This document shows, piece by piece, positions 17,733-20,402 of a stretch of DNA of 20,402 nt. The stretch lies in the UHGV virus genome UHGV-0113240; one strand, 5' to 3'. The stretch comes from a virus. A program made the translations under genes and the position numbers. How positions within the stretch are numbered: position 1 is the first letter of the stretch; every line of letters begins with the position of its first letter. Under the pieces are notes generated by a model. The model was not told the DNA's origin and made no database searches. It saw only the letters and a list, made by a program, of their open reading frames with translations.

Positions 17733-18418
17733 ATACCCAATATTTACAGTATGTCCGCGAGCAACTCATTGTGGCTACTGCTGATTTGGGCGGAGCAACG
17801 AAAGGCCAGCTTGAAGCCTGGCTGGAGCATGCACAATTTGATACTGGTACATATAAACGAAAGAAGCCGCGCATTATGGATGAGGTAACGGGCAAGATGA
17901 TTACGCTGGATAATCCGCCGATTTCCGGTAAGCAGTCGTACGCAAAAGGTTCATCCATTGCACTGGTCAGCCAGGTTGAGTTCTCAACATCTTCATGGCG
18001 CCGCGCGGTTCTGTCTCTCGAAGAACATCAGAAAGCGTGGTTGCTGTGGAGTTACAGCGAAAGTGTTCGCTGGGAACATCAGGTCACCATAACGCAGTGG
18101 GTATGGAGCGAGTTTAAGACTCTGTTGGGTACCAGGAAAATTGCAGGTAAGACACTGGAACGTTTGAAGAAGTTGATCTGGCTGGCGGCACAGGATGTGA
18201 AGAACGAGCTGGCAGGGCGTAAGACCTATGAATACCAGGAGCTGGCATTACTGGCGGGAGTGACAACTAAAAACTGGTCCAAAACATTTACTCGTCACTG
18301 GGTTGCAATGAAACACATTTTTCACCGACTGGATAGTGAGGCTTTATTGTTTGTAATGAGAACACGTTCAAAACAAAAGGTGGCATTTTCAAAGCAAAGT
18401 GTTGCAAAAGTAGATTGA
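17729..18418 (+). CDS. late-gene antiterminator Q-like protein
   Basis: 229-aa ORF in the canonical Q position: after rusA/ylcG and immediately before a promoter-like stretch plus strong intrinsic terminator (pR'-tR' arrangement); family assignment by position, not sequence. Confidence 0.55.
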   Translation: MNTQYLQYVREQLIVATADLGGATKGQLEAWLEHAQFDTGTYKRKKPRIMDEVTGKMITLDNPPISGKQSYAKGSSIALVSQVEFSTSSWRRAVLSLEEHQKAWLLWSYSESVRWEHQVTITQWVWSEFKTLLGTRKIAGKTLERLKKLIWLAAQDVKNELAGRKTYEYQELALLAGVTTKNWSKTFTRHWVAMKHIFHRLDSEALLFVMRTRSKQKVAFSKQSVAKVD

Positions 18419-18484
18419 AAGGCATATATTTCATGCAAATCTGATATTTTGCCGATTTTGTACGTGATGGCAAAAGCAAACAAA

Positions 18485-18508
18485 ACCCGCCCACAAGCGG
18501 GTTTTTTT
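18485..18508 (+). terminator. tR'-like intrinsic terminator downstream of Q
   Basis: ACCCGC-ccacaa-GCGGGT hairpin followed by TTTTTTT; about 65 nt downstream of the Q stop. Confidence 0.8.
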
Positions 18509-18628
18509 GTGCCACTTATCTCGGATAGACATGGTGAATGCGCTGGTGGAGGCGATAAGGGTGATTTTTAACCAGGTGATTTTTGAATGCTTGCTACATT
18601 GATTTCGTAACGTTATTATCCTGCGCCC

Positions 18629-18704
18629 GGCCCTTTAGCTCAGTGGTGAGAGCGAGCGACTCATAATCGCCAGGTCGCTGGTTCAAATCCAGCAAGGGCC
18701 ACCA
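18629..18704 (+). tRNA. ileZ: tRNA-Ile2 (anticodon CAU, lysidine type; could alternatively read as Met)
   Basis: 76-nt cloverleaf: acceptor GGCCCTT/AAGGGCC, anticodon loop CUCAUAA, T-loop GGTTCAAATCC, 3' ACCA; recalled close match to E. coli ileX-type tRNA. Confidence 0.8.
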
Positions 18705-18713
18705 TATCACATA

Positions 18714-18790
18714 CCGCCATTAGCTCATCGTGACAGAGCGCCAGCCTTCGAAGCTGGCTGCGCGGGGTTCAAGTCCCCGATGGCGGTCCA
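18714..18790 (+). tRNA. argN: tRNA-Arg (anticodon UCG)
   Basis: Acceptor CCGCCAT/ATGGCGG, anticodon stem CCAGC/GCTGG with loop CUUCGAA, T-arm CGGGG-TTCAAGT-CCCCG, 3' TCCA. Confidence 0.75.
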
Positions 18791-18803
18791 TTATCGGTAT
18801 TCT

Positions 18804-18880
18804 GCGTTGTTAGCTCAGCCGGACAGAACAATTGCCTTCTAAGCAATCGGTCACTGGTTCGAATCCAGTACAACGCGCCA
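18804..18880 (+). tRNA. argO: tRNA-Arg (anticodon UCU)
   Basis: Acceptor GCGTTGT/ACAACGC, anticodon stem ATTGC/GCAAT with loop CUUCUAA, T-loop GGTTCGAATCC, 3' GCCA. Confidence 0.8.
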
Positions 18881-19169
18881 CACCACACTTATCTGCCCTG
18901 ACTCTCTTTTGCGGGCTTTTTATTACAGGAAAGACACCGGACAGTGAAATGTTAAATGCCTCACAATTCAGGCAGTTGACTGTTGCCTGACATGCTGAGC
19001 GTTTGTTAAAAAAATCCTGCATGATGAATCCCCCTGAGCGGCGGGGCATAATGACAGATGTTTGGTTGCGTATTGTATAGGCAAGTTGCGGATTCTGTCT
19101 GGTCATTGCAGAATTCACCGGGAGGCACCCGGCATCATGCATCTGGTGAATTAAATGTGCATACGTAAT

Positions 19170-19194
19170 GCCCCTCTTCGGAGGGGCTTTTTTT
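19170..19194 (+). terminator. strong intrinsic terminator
   Basis: GCCCCTC-ttcg-GAGGGGC hairpin followed by TTTTTTT. Confidence 0.75.
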
Positions 19195-19369
19195 CGGAAA
19201 AAGCACGCAATGGGCGTGCATTAGCATGAGATATTGAGGCTTTAAATTTTTTCGTGCGGGTTTTAACCCGGTTTCATGAGGCTGCGCAACTGCGTGGCCT
19301 TTTTTGTTTTTCTGGCTGCTGAAAGTGGCAGTCACAGTCCTTCATATCACCCGTGACCGGGGAGGAACA

Positions 19370-20402
19370 ATGACGTTTAAACATTATGATGTGGTCAGGG
19401 CAGGTTCAGCATCAGGGCTTGCTGAGCAGCTGACACAGAAGATAAAAGAAGGGTGGCAACCGTTTGGCAGTCCTGTGGCTGTCACACCAAACATCCTGAT
19501 GCAGGCTGTTGCTGCAGAGGGGGATGTGAGCACGCCTGTGGTTGTTCCCGGCACGGGAGCCGGCGGAGCATCGGGAGTGACATCCGGGGAGCCGGATTAT
19601 TACTACGTGGTGGTACTCGCCGGACAGTCGAACGGGATGGCGTATGGTGAGGGTATTCCTCTTCCGGAGACTTACGACCGTCCTGACCCGCGTATCAAGC
19701 AACTGGCCAGACGCAGTACGGTAACGCCGGGTGGTGAAGCCTGTTCTTATAATGATGTCATTCAGGCAGACCACTGCCTGCATGATGTGCAGGATATGAG
19801 CAGCTTTAACCATCCGAAAGCTGATCTGAGCAAAGGGCAGTACGGGACTGTCGGTCAGGGACTGCATATTGCCAAAAAACTGCTGCCTTACATTCCGCAG
19901 AATGCCGGGATACTTCTGGTTCCCTGCTGTCGTGGTGGTTCGGCATTCACCACCGGGGCTGATGGCTCATTCAGTGAGGCCAGAGGTGCTTCTGCTGACT
20001 CTGCATGCTGGGGAGCCGGTAAACCCCTGTATCAGGACCTGGTAAGCCGCACCAGAGCGGCACTGGTGAAGAACCCGAAAAATAAACTTCTGGCTGTGGT
20101 ATGGATGCAGGGAGAGACAGACCTTGCATCAGGAAGTCAGCAGCATAATGGTTTATTCACTGCCATGGTTCAGCAGTTCAGAACAGACCTGTCTTCAGTT
20201 GCAGCGCAGTGCGTGAGTGGAAATGCTGGCACGGTGCCGTGGATTTGTGGTGACACGACATATTACTGGAAGGCAACGTACGGTACGCAGTATGACGCCT
20301 TGTACAGCGCGTATAAAACGCTGTCAGCACAGCATATTTTCTTTGTACCGTTCCTGACGGATGAGAATGGACAGAACACGCCAACGAATGCTCCGGCGGA
20401 AG
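19370..20402 (+). CDS. NanS-p-like sialate O-acetylesterase (DUF1737 N-terminus + SGNH/SASA domain), 3' end outside the window
   Basis: ATG 19370 after GGGGAGGA; hand-checked open frame to the window end (not in the ORF track because there is no stop); MTFKHYDVVRAGSASGLAEQL... N-terminus and VVLAGQSNGMAYGE (GQSN catalytic Ser motif). Confidence 0.7.
   Translation, partial: MTFKHYDVVRAGSASGLAEQLTQKIKEGWQPFGSPVAVTPNILMQAVAAEGDVSTPVVVPGTGAGGASGVTSGEPDYYYVVVLAGQSNGMAYGEGIPLPETYDRPDPRIKQLARRSTVTPGGEACSYNDVIQADHCLHDVQDMSSFNHPKADLSKGQYGTVGQGLHIAKKLLPYIPQNAGILLVPCCRGGSAFTTGADGSFSEARGASADSACWGAGKPLYQDLVSRTRAALVKNPKNKLLAVVWMQGETDLASGSQQHNGLFTAMVQQFRTDLSSVAAQCVSGNAGTVPWICGDTTYYWKATYGTQYDALYSAYKTLSAQHIFFVPFLTDENGQNTPTNAPAE

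Noticed and set aside
17254-17958. 234-aa minus-strand ORF
   Set aside because: Lies antisense to rusA, ylcG and Q, all supported by family similarity or tight ATGA coupling; a high-GC antisense artefact.
18881-19369. Looked for Shiga-toxin genes or any ORF between argO and the esterase gene
   Set aside because: No open frame of meaningful length on the plus strand; the interval contains only hairpin/terminator structures, so no toxin gene is claimed.
19412-19867. 151-aa minus-strand ORF and plus ORF 19453..19650
   Set aside because: Both overlap the nanS-p-like frame, which has a strong SD, the GQSN esterase motif and runs open to the window end.

Overview
The window is the left arm and early region of a lambda-like (lambdoid) prophage, integrated next to the host ferredoxin gene yfhL (50..310). 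All gene names below are assigned from recalled similarity and gene order, not from a database search. From left to right: a divergent integrase/excisionase pair; a helicase remnant; a leftward block (DUF550/DUF551-like, ea22-like, TraR-like, three small lambda-type ORFs, then exo-bet-gam); an OL-like operator; the immunity region (cI, OR, cro, a YdaT/CII-like gene); replication genes O (with in-gene origin iterons) and P, then ren; an AT-rich insertion carrying a P22 immI-like mnt/arc/antirepressor module and an orphan ORF; the nin-type block ybcN-ninE-ybcO-rusA-ylcG; a Q-like antiterminator with a tR'-type terminator; three tRNAs (Ile2-CAU, Arg-UCG, Arg-UCU); and the 5' part of a nanS-p-like esterase gene running off the window. 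The strongest candidate for an undescribed system is a translationally coupled two-gene cassette (8214..9790, minus strand): an atypical HipA/PI-kinase-like kinase followed by a DUF3037-like protein. It sits directly downstream of cI, in the position lambda uses for rexA-rexB, and ends at an intrinsic terminator. Other points worth a second look are the Stx-phage-style late region without stx, the apparent absence of an N gene, and several ATGA-coupled small ORFs including an untracked 27-aa hydrophobic peptide.
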